Assembly: GCF_006345805.1 (NCBI RefSeq)
Contig: NW_021828085.1
Span: 1 to 34,975 of the forward strand
Origin: Octopus sinensis
Lineage: Eukaryota
Reading direction: 5' to 3'
Length of the DNA: 34,975 nt
Shown piece after piece: positions 1 through 11,950 of this stretch; positions within the stretch are counted from its first letter, which is position 1, and every line of letters begins with the position of its first letter. Below the pieces are notes generated by a model. The model did no database searches and was not told where the DNA came from. It was given only the letters and a program-made list of their open reading frames with translations. Position numbers and translations under genes: made by a program.

Positions 1-106
1 CTTCTTTTCTTCTTCCTCTTCATTTCTTTTTCTTCTTCTTCTTCTTTTTCTTCTTCTTCTTCTTCTTCTTCTTCTTCTTCTTCTTCTTCTTCTTCTTCTT
101 CTTTAA

Positions 107-139
<33 letters not shown>

Positions 140-163
140 TATTATCATTATTATTATTATTGT
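1..163. repeat. Compound microsatellite (CTT)n-(CAT)n-(TAT)n
   Basis: Direct reading of trinucleotide arrays. Confidence 0.97.
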
Positions 164-166
164 TAA

Positions 167-428
167 GGCGGCGCGCTGGCAGAATCTTTAGCGCGCCGGG
201 GCAAAAATGTTTAGCGGCATTTCATTCAGTCCATGCCTTTTGAGTTCAAATTCTGCCGAGGTCGACTTCGCTTTCTCATCCTTCCACGGAGTGGAGGAGG
301 TCGATAAAATAAATGCCAGTGGAGTACTGGGGGAATCTATGTAATCGACTTAACTCATCCTCCTCCTCCTCCTCCTCCTCCTCCTCCAAGGTTTCGGGTC
401 TTGTGCATTTAATAGAAAGGAATATTGA
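167..428 (+). mobile_element. SINE family A (tRNA-derived head), diverged copy
   Basis: ggcggcgcgctggcagaat A-box-like head, gagttcaaattc B box, gtcgactt...catcctt body; matches copies at 14345, 19421, 21553 and 31436. Confidence 0.85.
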
Positions 429-669
429 TTCTGTAATTCATTCTGGAAATGTTGCTGCTGCTGCCACTGTATTTGTTGTTGCTGTTTGTTGTGGTGATGG
501 TGATGGTGACGATGAGGATGATGCAGAGAAAAATGATTGCATAGTTGTAACAGCAACAAAATAAAAGCACGGCAATTACATACAGGGTAACAATAACAAC
601 ATTGATATTATGAATAGTAAGAAAACCAATAACGACTGCATAAATGAAGAAAAATGCAATAAAGACAGT

Positions 670-1046
670 CGTGGATGGAAGCACTCCGTCGGTTACGACG
701 ACGAGGGTTCCGGTTGATCCGAATCAACGGAACAGCCTGCTCGTGAAATTAACGTGTAAGTGGCTGAGCACTCCACAGACACGTGTACCCATAACGTAGT
801 TCTCGGGGATATTCAGCGTGACACAGAGAGTGACAAGACCGGCCCTTTGAAATACAGGTACAACAGAAACAGGGAGTAAGAGTGAGAGAAAGTTGTGGTG
901 AAAGAGTACAGCAGGGATCACCACCATCCCCTGCCGGAGCCTCGTGTATCTTTTAGGTGTTTTCGCTCAATAAACACTCACAACGCCCGGTCGGGAATCG
1001 AAACCGCGATCCTATGACCGCGAGTCTGCTGCCATTGCGCCTCCAC
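670..1046 (-). mobile_element. SINE family B (tRNA-derived), young copy with A-box deletion
   Basis: Near-identical reverse complement of 10705-11093; TSD aaagacagt at 661-669 and 1047-1055. Confidence 0.93.
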
Positions 1047-1156
1047 AAAGACAGTAGTACTACAATAACGACAGCAACAGTAACATCAACGATAAGAACA
1101 ACAACGATGACAACAATAACAACAAGTGTAAGGACAATAACAACAACAATAATAAA

Positions 1157-1361
1157 GGTGCAGGAGTGGCTGTGTGGTAAGTAGCTTTCTTACCAACTAC
1201 ATGGTTCCGGGTTCATTCCCACTGCGTGGCATCTTGGGCAAGTGTCTTCTACTATAGCCTTGGGCCGACCAATGCCTTGTGAGTGGATTTGGTAGACGGA
1301 AACTGAAAGAAGCCCGTCGTATATATGTATATATATATATATATGTGTGTGTGTGTATGTG

Positions 1362-1403
<42 letters not shown>

Positions 1404-1626
1404 TGTGTCTGTCCCCGCAGCATCGCTTGACACCCGGTGCTGGTATGTTTACGTCCCCCGTCACTTAGCGGTTCGGCAAAAGACACCGATAGAATAAGTA
1501 CTAGGCTTACAAAGAACAAGTCCTGGGGTCGATTTGCTCGACTAAAGGCGGTGCTGCAGCATGGCCGCAGTCAAATGACTGAAACAAGTAAAAGAGTTAA
1601 AGAGAGAGTAAAGAGTAAAAAGTAAA
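1157..1626 (+). mobile_element. SINE family C (tRNA head, CORE-like ttgggcaagtgtctt, internal TA/TG microsatellite, (AGTAAA)n-like tail)
   Basis: gtggctgtgtggt A box and gggttcattccc B box; full-length homologues at 4889, 8914 and 33528. Confidence 0.92.
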
Positions 1627-2400
1627 CTCAGCAGCAACAACAACAACAATAACAAAAGTAAAAAATGATTGTGAGAATAACAACCACAAAAGAGCCGGAA
1701 CAACAATCATAACAACAGGAACGGAAACAGCAGCAGCAGCGATGACGACAACAACAGCAACAACCCCGACAGCAGTACCAACATCAGCAACAACAACAAT
1801 AGCAAACAACAGCAACAAAAGAGCCGGAACACCAGTCATGACAATAGCAACGAAAACAACAGCAGCAGCAGCAGCAGCAGCTGCGATAGCAACCTCAGCA
1901 GCAGCAGTCAGAGCAACAGCAACAACGCGTACAACAACAATGGCAATATCTGTAAAAAAAAAAAAGATACAACAGAAATACTGATAACAACAACAACTTC
2001 AACGACAACAACAACAGTAAAATTAAGAGAGGAGTAGCCTGTACAATCCAAATAGCAACAATAATGATAACAGTGGTAAGAACAACATCAATATCAACAA
2101 CCACAACAACAACAACAACAGCTGCTGCTGATGCAATATGAACAACAATAACGTCAACAAATGTTACAAGAATAGCAAAAACAAAACCAGCGTCATTACC
2201 TGCAACAACAACAACAACAACAACAATGTGAACAGAAACCACAACAAAAATGACAAAAATAGCATCCGTATTAAAAAAAGGTGAGGGCGCATAAAAACAA
2301 CAACAACAACAACAACAACAATAACAACAACTATAACAATAATAGTAACGTTAGAAAGAAGTACAACAAGAACAACAATAACAATAACAACAATCACAAC
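1627..2400. repeat. Degenerate (CAA)/(CAG)/(TAA) low-complexity tract
   Basis: Direct reading. Confidence 0.9.
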
Positions 2401-3029
2401 AGCGCTATCATAACATAATTCCATAAGGCTATTATTTAAGCGTCCTCCTATTCGCTTTGAAGTTCTCAAAAACATATTATTGCATTAGTCACGTGATGCG
2501 GCAGTAGTGCCATCAGATAGTATGTTGGTTGAGGGCTTGTTTCCCCCTTGTATTTGATTTGAGGTAAATAGCTTTTGATATCTTGTGACGAGTTAATTTT
2601 TAGAAATTTCTCCACATTTAACCTCCAAACGGTTCCTTTTGATGTGTCAACTTTCCTATCGCCCATCCACCCACTCTGCATATATCGACATCACAATCAA
2701 CATCATCTTCTCCCCCCCCCCTTTATTTTAACAACATGTCTTCATTTCTCCAGCTTGGTATAAAAAAAAGAAGAAATTTTTAGATTGGAAATTTGTAATT
2801 ATAGCGTGTATAATGTAGAGCACGTATACTGAGCGTATGAATGAGTGGCAGTTTGTGTGGTAGTATTATTGTATGTGAGTTTCAATAAATATGTTTGTGT
2901 GTACCTTTGTATGCATGCATGTCGTCGCACAAGTATGAGTTCGTTCGTATGTATTTATGTATTTATGTATGTATGTGTGATTGTTTGTAATTGTATGATG
3001 CTGTTTAGGAATGCTTGTAAGTGCGTGTG

Positions 3030-3041
3030 TTTTACATATAC

Positions 3042-3081
<40 letters not shown>

Positions 3082-3092
3082 GTATATATATG

Positions 3093-3125
<33 letters not shown>

Positions 3126-3327
3126 GTATATATATGTATATATATGTATATATATATATACGTATATATATGTATATATACATATATACGTATATATGCA
3201 TATATATGCATGTATATATACATATATACATAAATACTTACATATATATCTACGTGTACATATGTATATTACTTCAATAGAGAGACAGATAGATAGACAG
3301 ATATATTTGTCTACATACGTATGTATA

Positions 3328-3398
<71 letters not shown>

Positions 3399-4421
3399 TA
3401 TGTATGTATATATATATATATATATATATACATACATACGCACATACATACATACATATATACATACATATATACATACATACATACATACATACATGCA
3501 TACATATATAGAAACATAGAAACATATCTACACTATTTATATATGAAAAGATATGCACATACACAGATATCACATAAATTGAGACATGCACGCACACACA
3601 TGTGTGTAAATCTGTATGAGAAATACATATATGTGTTAGTGGGCACGCTAGTTTATATATGTAGTATAGACATAACGTATATAGACTAGCGTATGGGTGT
3701 ATGTTTATATATGTGTGTGTATGTGTGTGTTCGTTTGCGTATGAGGTTATGCGGTTACTTGTGTTTTTGCGCGCGTTAGTATCGTATATGGTTTCTTACA
3801 CGACAACTTATATGAATATATAGTCATAATTGTGTAAATAATTGTGTAAATATTGGAAGTATCACAACCTGAAGGGAAATCGTTATACAACTCAAATGCT
3901 CCCCCACCCCTCCCTCTCTCTCTTTCTCTCTCACACACACATACATATATACACATATATATATATATATATATATACATGCATATATATGTGTGTGTGC
4001 ATGTACGTGTGCGTGTGCGTGTGTGTGTAGATATACACACATTTAGACTGATACATATGCATACACACATATACATGCAGCTGGATACTTAGATAGACAG
4101 ACATACAGTCAGACAGACAGACAGACAGACAAATAGACAGACAGACAGACAGACAGACAAATAGATAGATAGATAGATATATAAACATACATACAGACCC
4201 ACACAGAGACACATACATACACACGTAAATACACACAAACGCACACACACACACACACACACACGTATATATATACATTTCTGCCTACTATCTACATATA
4301 CATATATATATATACATACATACATACATACATACATAATATATCTATATATGTAATCACATACGTATCCATGTATGTATTCATCTGTATATATAAATAT
4401 ATATATATGTATATATATATA

Positions 4422-4479
<58 letters not shown>

Positions 4480-4494
4480 TATACATATATATAT

Positions 4495-4536
<42 letters not shown>

Positions 4537-4538
4537 CC

Positions 4539-4576
<38 letters not shown>

Positions 4577-4610
4577 GCATATATATATATATATATATAT
4601 GCATGCATGT
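3030..4610. repeat. Compound (TA)n/(TACA)n/(CAGA)n/(CA)n microsatellite field
   Basis: Direct reading; source of the Y/I-rich spurious ORFs. Confidence 0.95.
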
Positions 4611-4860
4611 ATTTATCTAGTAATCTCTTTCCCTCTCCTTCTCCCGCTCCCCCTTTCTGTCTCTCTCTCTTTCTCTCTTTGGGGTACTGTTTGCCTTACA
4701 TAAATGAAAGGCTCCGATTGAGCAGATAATTAATGTTTTTCAGGAATCTATGCCGCGAATTGCTAATTACAAATCATTTAAATTCTATATAACGCACGCA
4801 TACACACGCACACACACACACACACACATACACTAATACATTTATATTATGTATTTGTGA

Positions 4861-4888
<28 letters not shown>

Positions 4889-4891
<3 letters not shown>

Positions 4892-5289
4892 GCTGTGTGG
4901 TAAGTAGCTTGCTAACCAACCACATGGTTCCGGGTTCAGTCCCAATGCGTAGCATCTTGGGCAAGTGTCTTCTGCTATACCCCCGGGCCGACCAATGCCT
5001 TGTGAGTGGATTTGGTAGACAGAAACTGAAAGAAGCCTGTCGTATATATGTATATATATATATGTGTGTGTATGTGTTTGTGTGTCTGTGTTTGTCCCCC
5101 TAGCATTGCTTGACAACCGATGCTGGTGTGTTTACGTCTCCGTCACATAGCGGTTCGGCAAAAGGGACCGATAGAATAAGTACTGGGCTTACAAAGAATA
5201 AGTCCCGGGGTCGATTTGCTCGACTAAAAGGCGTTGCTCCAGCATGGCCGCAGTCAAATGACTGAAACAAGTAAAAGAGTAAAGAGTAA
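4889..5289 (+). mobile_element. SINE family C copy
   Basis: Colinear with 1157-1626; first few head bases lost in the (TA)n flank. Confidence 0.92.
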
Positions 5290-5465
5290 TATATATATAT
5301 ATACATATATGTAGATATTTACATATACACACACACGCACATATATACACACACACACATATATGTGTGTGTGTGTGTGTAAATTTATACTTGCTATATG
5401 TATATGTATACATATATATAGAGAGAGAGATAGAGACACAGAGAAAGACAGAGGGGAGAACTCTT

Positions 5466-5498
<33 letters not shown>

Positions 5499-5710
5499 TT
5501 GTGGTCATTATGCTTGAAATATGGCATTAACTCTGCTTGGCAATAGATGTGGTCTGGGCCATTTTGTTTGAGTCTAGTATCCTTAAATTTTTATCACATT
5601 AATTTTTGTCTTTTCTTACGAACTCTGCAATAAATTTTACAGTAGTTTCAGATGTTCTGTTAAAACAAATCATACTGCGGTAAATACCAAGAGAAAAACT
5701 CTCACATAGC

Positions 5711-6119
5711 CTATATGGCTCAGAAACCTGGACGTTATCAAAGAAGCTTGAGAGGCGGTTGGATGGAACCTTCACTCGCCTCCTTATAAGAGCTCAAAAT
5801 CTCTCGTGGAAGCGCCATCCAACCAAAATGCAAATATATGGGAAACTACCACCTGTGTCATCTCTTGTGAAAGGTAGGAGAGTCCAGTTTGCTGGACATT
5901 GTTGTAGAGCTAAAAAAGAAGTAATTTCTACTCTTCTCCTCTGGAAGCCATCTACTCGCAATACCAGAGGGCGCACACTCTCCTACCCTGATGTAATCTC
6001 CAGGGATACAAGCATCCAGCAACAGGACCTCCGTAATGCCATGATGGACCGTGAAGTCTGGCGTAGCATGGTAATTTCCATTGTCTCGACCACGGTCGAA
6101 CAATGATGATGATGATGAT
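5711..6119 (+). mobile_element. 5'-truncated non-LTR retrotransposon 3' end, RTE-like
   Basis: One open frame from 5711: LYGSETW...RRVQFAGHCCR...RGR...AMMDREVWRSMV, typical RTE-type C-terminus; the stop codon runs into a (TGA)n tail. Confidence 0.88.
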
Positions 6120-6140
6120 ATCGCTAGCGGAGAGATAAAT

Positions 6141-6228
6141 CTCCAGCAACTCCAGTATCGAGACCACCATATTACGTGATTTCAACCTTATTCGGTCTCA
6201 TCAGTGATGGACGCTCGACCGCTAGAGA
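6141..6228 (-). ncRNA. Type I hammerhead ribozyme-like motif (probably in a Penelope-like terminal repeat)
   Basis: Minus strand: atca-CTGATGA-gacc(gaataa)ggtt-GAAA-tcac(gtaatatg)gtgg-TC-t(c)gat; distal stem I pairs tcca/tgga and tctctagc/gctggaga. Confidence 0.65.
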
Positions 6229-6396
6229 TTGTAACGACTCATCTCCTCGCAAGTTATATAAACAAACATATGAGGGTTTTTCTCATGGTCTTTATCGCAG
6301 TAAAGTTTATCAGAATATCCACGTTTAATTGAGAATAAATATTACCTCACGTATATATTAAGCAATATTTACCATGTCATGATGTTTTATGAATAA

Positions 6397-6578
6397 CTAG
6401 CAGTGTCGCCCGGCGTTGCTCGGGTTTGTAAGGGAAATAACTATATAAGCATTTTTAGATATGTAAAGTATAATAGCCATCTCAATATGGTTAACCACTA
6501 AGGTGGGGTATTATTGTAGCTTTTTACGTTCTGAGATTTAATAATAAATGTTTAGAGAGTTACTTCCCTTATATATGC
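6397..6578 (-). mobile_element. Non-autonomous Helitron, 3' fragment
   Basis: Reverse complement of the 3' ends at 16139, 19004 and 23054: cccgagcaacgccggg hairpin followed by CTAG|T. Confidence 0.85.
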
Positions 6579-6582
6579 CCAA

Positions 6583-6629
6583 AGTGCCACGCAGTACACA
6601 ATGCGACTGAACCCGGAACCATGTGGTTG
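6583..6629 (-). mobile_element. SINE family C head fragment
   Basis: gactgaacccggaaccatgtggtt matches the family C B-box region. Confidence 0.65.
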
Positions 6630-6748
6630 ATATGGTTTTATGTATATATAACGGGAAGCTTTATGAAAATAAACAAAAGACGAAGGCAGGTGGAATACAA
6701 ACAAACAATTGTATTAGTATGGCGCTCAGGAATATAAATAAAACAAGT

Positions 6749-6783
6749 CTTTTACGTTTCGAGCCTACGCTCTTCAACAAAAT
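6749..6783 (-). ncRNA. Degenerate minimal hammerhead motif (Penelope type)
   Basis: Minus strand: ttt-TGTTGA-a-gagc(gtag)gctc-GAAACGTA-aaa; same architecture as 22203-22237, core mutated. Confidence 0.5.
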
Positions 6784-7276
6784 GATACACAGAAAAGAAA
6801 CACAGAAAGAAACAAGGAGAGAAAAAATGCGTGCAGAGGCTAGCGAATCAACATGGCGATCTATATATATATAGTTGCTATTATCTTAAACTGTCTTGTG
6901 TCCAAATTTGGCCAATTACGTTTTTCCAATATTTATTTTTGCTTGCAATGGTCAATTCTTTTGGTCAAACTATCGTGTCTCCAGCTACTTCTGATGCCAA
7001 GATATCAAAAATTGTCAGTATAGTACAAAGGTTTTGGTATGGAATGGTGAAACTATTTTTTTTTTTTGCTTGCTCAAAATCAACGTTTTGGACTTACAAT
7101 ACTTTTGCAAAATAGCAACGATGTATATACACACACATGTATGTATTTGTTTGTTTGTAACTCCACTACTGCTTGAAACCGGTTATGACTTGCTTATGTC
7201 TCTGTGAGTCAACTGTTCAGTAAATGGGCCCCAGTAGTACAAATACAAGCAAATGATAAAATAACTGAAGATGTTA

Positions 7277-7487
7277 AATAATCCATTCTACTAAAAGTAC
7301 AATGCCTGAAATTTGGTGGCAGGGAATTAGTCGATAACATCGACTCCAGTGCTCCACTGTTACATAATTGATCGACCACGAAAGAATGAAAGACAAAGTC
7401 GACCTCGGTGGAATTTGGACTCAGAACGTAAAGGCGGGCGAAATGCCGCAAAGCTTTGTGCCCGGCGTGATATTGATTCTGCCAGCT
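7277..7487 (-). mobile_element. SINE family A, diverged copy
   Basis: gacaaagtcgacctcggtggaatttggactcagaacg...ttctgccagctc. Confidence 0.85.
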
Positions 7488-7986
7488 CACAGCCTGAATG
7501 TGTTAAATAACAACATTTCAAAAGATGTAGAAATATAAGTCTAAACATTCGTAAAAACCATAATATCATTCAACTACAGCAGAAGTTGAATAATATTCTT
7601 AACGTAGCTTTTTTGTCGCAGTCGGCGTCTTCCAAGCAGTCTCACTAATTTAGTTTTAATCGAAATCAAATTTAGGTTTTTGAATTATATTTGACTACTG
7701 ATAAGCTACATTTAGACATAAAATACTTAAAATCTGGTGCAGTAGAACAAAAGTTAAGAGAAAAAATGTATAAACCATTTTTATTGACTGACGGGTTATA
7801 ACGCCCGACATCGACACTTTGAATCCACACCATTCTTTTAATTTTGATTAAGAATTATTATATTGATATTAATATGAAAGAGAAATGCTAAAGGAATATA
7901 TTGGTAGAGGTTTCGTAAAAGTTTATCCATTGGAAAAAAAGATATTTAATTTTAATTATCAAATTTTTATCAATTTTTGCGTGATA

Positions 7987-8480
7987 TTAAAGGGGCACTG
8001 CTCATATATGAAGTAAACTGTTTCTTATGCGATCACAAAATGAAAGATAAAAGGCAAAACAAATCGATACAAAGGGTTCTAATATTTATTTTCATTAGTC
8101 TAAATTATTTTTTGAAAAATGAAAATTTTTTGCTTAATTTTTTGTAGTATGGCTTTTTAAAGTCCATTTTTTAATAAATTATTTTAATAACAAGATCATT
8201 TAACAAAATATTATTTTTTTGATTTTGTCTCTATGAGTAGTACTGAATCATGTAGTAGGGCTGTTCAGAAAAGGCAAATGACAAAAAAATCAAATATTTT
8301 AACATTCAATTTTCACAATTTTTAAATTTTCAAACGTGGAGTTAATTATTTGCATGCTAAAAATGACTTCATTTATAATTTATCTATTAATTTTATAGTA
8401 AATAGAATATAATTATTTGTGGCTTTGTCTGCATGAGCAGTACTGATGTCTGAAGAAAGGCTGTTCAGAAAAGGCAAATG
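7987..8480. mobile_element. Possible Kolobok-like non-autonomous DNA transposon remnant with a ~56-bp direct repeat
   Basis: ttaa|aggggcactgctcata start; inverted matches atgag(t/c)agtac at ~8233 and ~8433; direct repeat 8225-8280 / 8425-8480. No complete right end. Confidence 0.3.
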
Positions 8481-8797
8481 CTGCTTGTAATTATATTCTA
8501 TTCAATACTAATTAAATTTGATTTAATTTAAATAAAGTCATTTTATTGAATTTGTACTCTCATTTTTTTTTTCATTATTTTAAAAATTCTTTAAATATAT
8601 TCATTTGTAACTTCATTTGTTTGTGTTCGACTAGTTTTATTATAATAACTAAAAGATTACGGAGATGTACTTGCATAGCAAGTGACTTGACCTGAGATCG
8701 TGTGCTGGAACGAAAACAATTGCAGCGTGGAATGTGTTTATAAGCCATTTAAGAAACGAACAAAACCCGTTAGATTCACTTCAACATTTAAATTTAA

Positions 8798-8848
8798 TTT
8801 GTCAAAATATTTTCGTCGCTTTGAGACCGCGCCCTGTTCACTGACAAA
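8798..8848 (-). ncRNA. Minimal type I hammerhead-like motif with variant core GUGAACA
   Basis: Minus strand: tttgtca-GTGAACA-g-ggcgc(ggtctcaaa)gcgac-GAAA-atat-TT-tgacaaa; perfect 7-bp stem I. Confidence 0.6.
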
Positions 8849-8913
8849 GCTTCGTGCTGAGGATCAAAGGTAATTTTGATTGAAATGCAACACAGAATGT
8901 AAAGAAGTATAGA

Positions 8914-9051
8914 TTGGTAAGAAACTTGCTTCCCAGACACATGGTTTTGGGTTCAGTCCCACAGTGGCACACCTAGAGCAAGTATTTTCTACTATAGCTT
9001 CAGGCCGACCAAGCCTTGTGAGTGGATTAAGAAACTGAAAGAAGACCGTCG

Positions 9052-9135
<84 letters not shown>

Positions 9136-9203
9136 AATCTATCTTTCTATCTCACACTCGCCCCCTTCTCTCTGTTAACGGTATATTCAAATACACACAC
9201 ACT

Positions 9204-9249
<46 letters not shown>

Positions 9250-9462
9250 GTGTGTGTGTGTTTGTGTCTGTGTTTGTCCCTCACCACCTCCTGACAACCA
9301 GTGTTGGTTTGGTTACGTTCCCGTAATTTAGCGATACTGCAAAAGACACCGATAGAATAAGTAGCAGGCTTAAACAAAGAAATATGTACTGCGGTCGATT
9401 CATTCGACTGAAAAATTTCCCAATCTGGTGCCTCGGCATGGTCGCAGTCTAATGACTGAAAA
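8914..9462 (+). mobile_element. SINE family C, older copy with internal (TATC)n and (CA)n
   Basis: gggttcagtccc B box, gaaactgaaagaag, ccgatagaataagta, gcagtctaatgactgaa. Confidence 0.85.
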
Positions 9463-9839
9463 ATATTCCATTGCCTTATCGAATCCACAATGAATCGCTC
9501 TTAAAAGAAATTCGTTAAGTAATGCCAGTTCTAGTTAAGAGTTTAGTAAATGATTGTAATGAATTCTATTTGCTGAAGTGTGAATATTTCCCCACAGAGA
9601 TGAGTTGTGCCAATTGGCCGAAGTCCTAATCTGATTCACACTTACGTGAGAAAACAAACTTGATCCTGAAATGCCAAATATTGATACTGAAGGAATAATT
9701 GACGCTAACCTTATCCATAACCTGTGACTAATTTCTGTTTATTTTTAGGGAATGAAACATAGCAGGTGTCTATGTTTATTTGGAACATGAATAAAAACGA
9801 ATTAGGACAAACATAACACAATATGTTTGTATGTATGAA

Positions 9840-9931
9840 GGCAGCGAGCCGGCAGAATCGTTTGCACGCGAGGTAAAGTGTTTAGCGCAATTTCGTCCGT
9901 CTTTACGTTGTGAGTTCAAATTCCGCTGAGG
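9840..9931 (+). mobile_element. SINE family A, 5' fragment
   Basis: ggcagcgagccggcagaatcg...gagttcaaattccgc. Confidence 0.75.
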
Positions 9932-10043
9932 ATACAGTATATCTGCTATTAGTAAGCAGAAATTCTAAAAAATATATCTAAATAACATGCCTATTGTACG
10001 AAAATGGTCAATTTGAAAAAAAAAGTGAATTTAATTTAACAAG

Positions 10044-10106
10044 TGTTTAGAGTTCTTACAGAAATTAGGGAAATTTTGACCGGATATACCAGCAACTACT
10101 TTTTTA
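10044..10106 (+). repeat. 63-bp dispersed repeat, identical to 13469-13531
   Basis: Base-by-base identity tgtttagagttc...caactactttttta. Confidence 0.9.
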
Positions 10107-10321
10107 ACACGTTGACCCTGCGAATATGGTTCAACAGGTGCGATTTCCTTTGACTATACTTCTGGATAACGCAAAACCGGGTAGCCACAGAGTTTTATGT
10201 TTATGGTTAAAAGTAACGATGATTCTACCAATAAGTAAGCCGTAAGCACCATACTATGTGACTGCCTGCTAAAGTATATTCAAGATATTTCAAGGGTTAA
10301 TACTGTTTACTACAAATTATT

Positions 10322-10430
10322 AGAGAGTGAGCAGTCTAGTGTATTGGACCCGTGATCATAAGATCATGGGTTCAATTCTTATACCCGGTGACATATTGTA
10401 TCCTTGAGCAAGGCTCTTCATTTCAAGTTC
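10322..10430 (+). mobile_element. SINE family E (tRNA head + CORE-like), degenerate
   Basis: gggttcaattc B box and tgtatccttgagcaagg; resembles 20861-20990. Confidence 0.5.
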
Positions 10431-10704
10431 TAGCCAAGTGATAGTAAAAGGTCCATCTCTTCAACCAAGTATCACATTCGCGATATTTCACCATGTGAAG
10501 TTTGGAAGTACTAAAGGGTTGTCTATGTGCGCTTGTGATTTCATAGGTACCTTAAACAATTACGAAAATATGGTACATTTCACAAAACCATACACATTTC
10601 GCTAGTGATCGATCCCAATAGGTTCTCAAAAATACATTTACATGATTCTCTAGTATATCTGAATATATGTTTGCACACATATTTACATAGTTCTATTGTA
10701 CAAT

Positions 10705-11093
10705 GTGGAGGCGCAATGGCCCAGTGGTTAGGGCAGCGGACTCGCGGTCATAGGATCGCGGTTTCGATTCCCAGACCGGGCGTTGTGAGTGTTTATTGAG
10801 CGAAAACACCTAAAAGCTCCACGAGGCTCCGGCAGGGGATGGTGGTGATCCCTGCTGTACTCTTTCACCACAACTTTCTCTCACTCTTACTTCCTGTTTC
10901 TGTTGTACCTGTATTTCAAAGGGCCGGCCTTGTCACTCTCTGTGTCACGCTGAATATCCCCGAGAACTACGTTAAGGGTGCACGTGTCTGTGGAGTGCTC
11001 AGCCACTTACACGTTAATTTCACGAGCAGGCTGTTCCGTTGATTCGGATCAACCGGAACCCTCATCGTCGTAACCGACGGAGTGCTTCCACAC
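10705..11093 (+). mobile_element. SINE family B, intact young copy
   Basis: A box tggcccagtgg, B box gtttcgattccc; perfect 10-bp TSD attgtacaat at 10695-10704 and 11094-11103. Confidence 0.95.
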
Positions 11094-11469
11094 ATTGTAC
11101 AATATTGATTTCTTACTGAGAAGTCTCTTATATGTCGATAAAATGGAGATTTTCACATAAGATGTAACTTGTGTATAACATCAGTTCCCATCCACCACAA
11201 GAAATACACATCTTTACAATGTTAGTCATTAATAGTTATAACATCGAGATAATTTCTATCTAGGCGCTTTCCTTCATCGTTATTTATTTATTTATTCTTT
11301 TTTTGGTTATTATACGTAAACCATAATTTCATCTTACTAGATTATAGAAAAACGATAGCTCGCATTACCTAGGCGATCTTCAAAAAGTGGTGGGCATGGA
11401 TGGGATGAATTCAGAAATACCGTAGATCATCAAACAACTGAAATAATCATACATCGAAACCAATCTATA

Positions 11470-11919
11470 AGTGTATGTATCTGTGTGTATGAATACGTAT
11501 GTGTATATATGTATACATATATATGTGTGTGTATACATATATATACATACGCATATATAGAGATATATACATTTATATATGTATACATATACACACACAC
11601 GCTCATATATACATATATACACACTCACACACATACATGTATGTATGCAGTGTGTCTGTGTGTGTCTGTGTCTGTGTTTGTATATATATATATGTGTGTG
11701 TGTGTATACACACATATCATATATATAGACACTTACATATATATATAAATATATATATATATATTTATATAAATATATATGTACATATATATTTATATAT
11801 ATGAACATGTACATATATTTATAAATACATACATATACATATCCACATATATACATAGATACATACACACATACATACATACATACATACATACATACAT
11901 ACATACATACATACATACA

Positions 11920-11950
<31 letters not shown>
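11470..11950. repeat. (TA)/(TG)/(TACA)n microsatellite field
   Basis: Direct reading. Confidence 0.93.

Noticed and set aside
2466-2681. 71-aa non-repetitive ORF as a host exon
   Set aside because: No recognisable motif and no convincing paired splice sites.
2845-4729. Long Y/I/V/C/H/T-rich ORFs here and in the other microsatellite fields
   Set aside because: Translations of stop-free dinucleotide and tetranucleotide repeats, open in several frames on both strands.
10044-10106. CRISPR-repeat-like start GTTTAGAG
   Set aside because: Only two copies 3.4 kb apart, no spacer array, eukaryotic context.
10705-10780. tRNA gene
   Set aside because: A and B boxes are present, but the sequence continues into a SINE body bounded by a TSD.
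10839-11042. 67-aa ORF conserved three times (724, 10839, 15176)
   Set aside because: Lies inside near-identical SINE B copies; conservation reflects recent copying.
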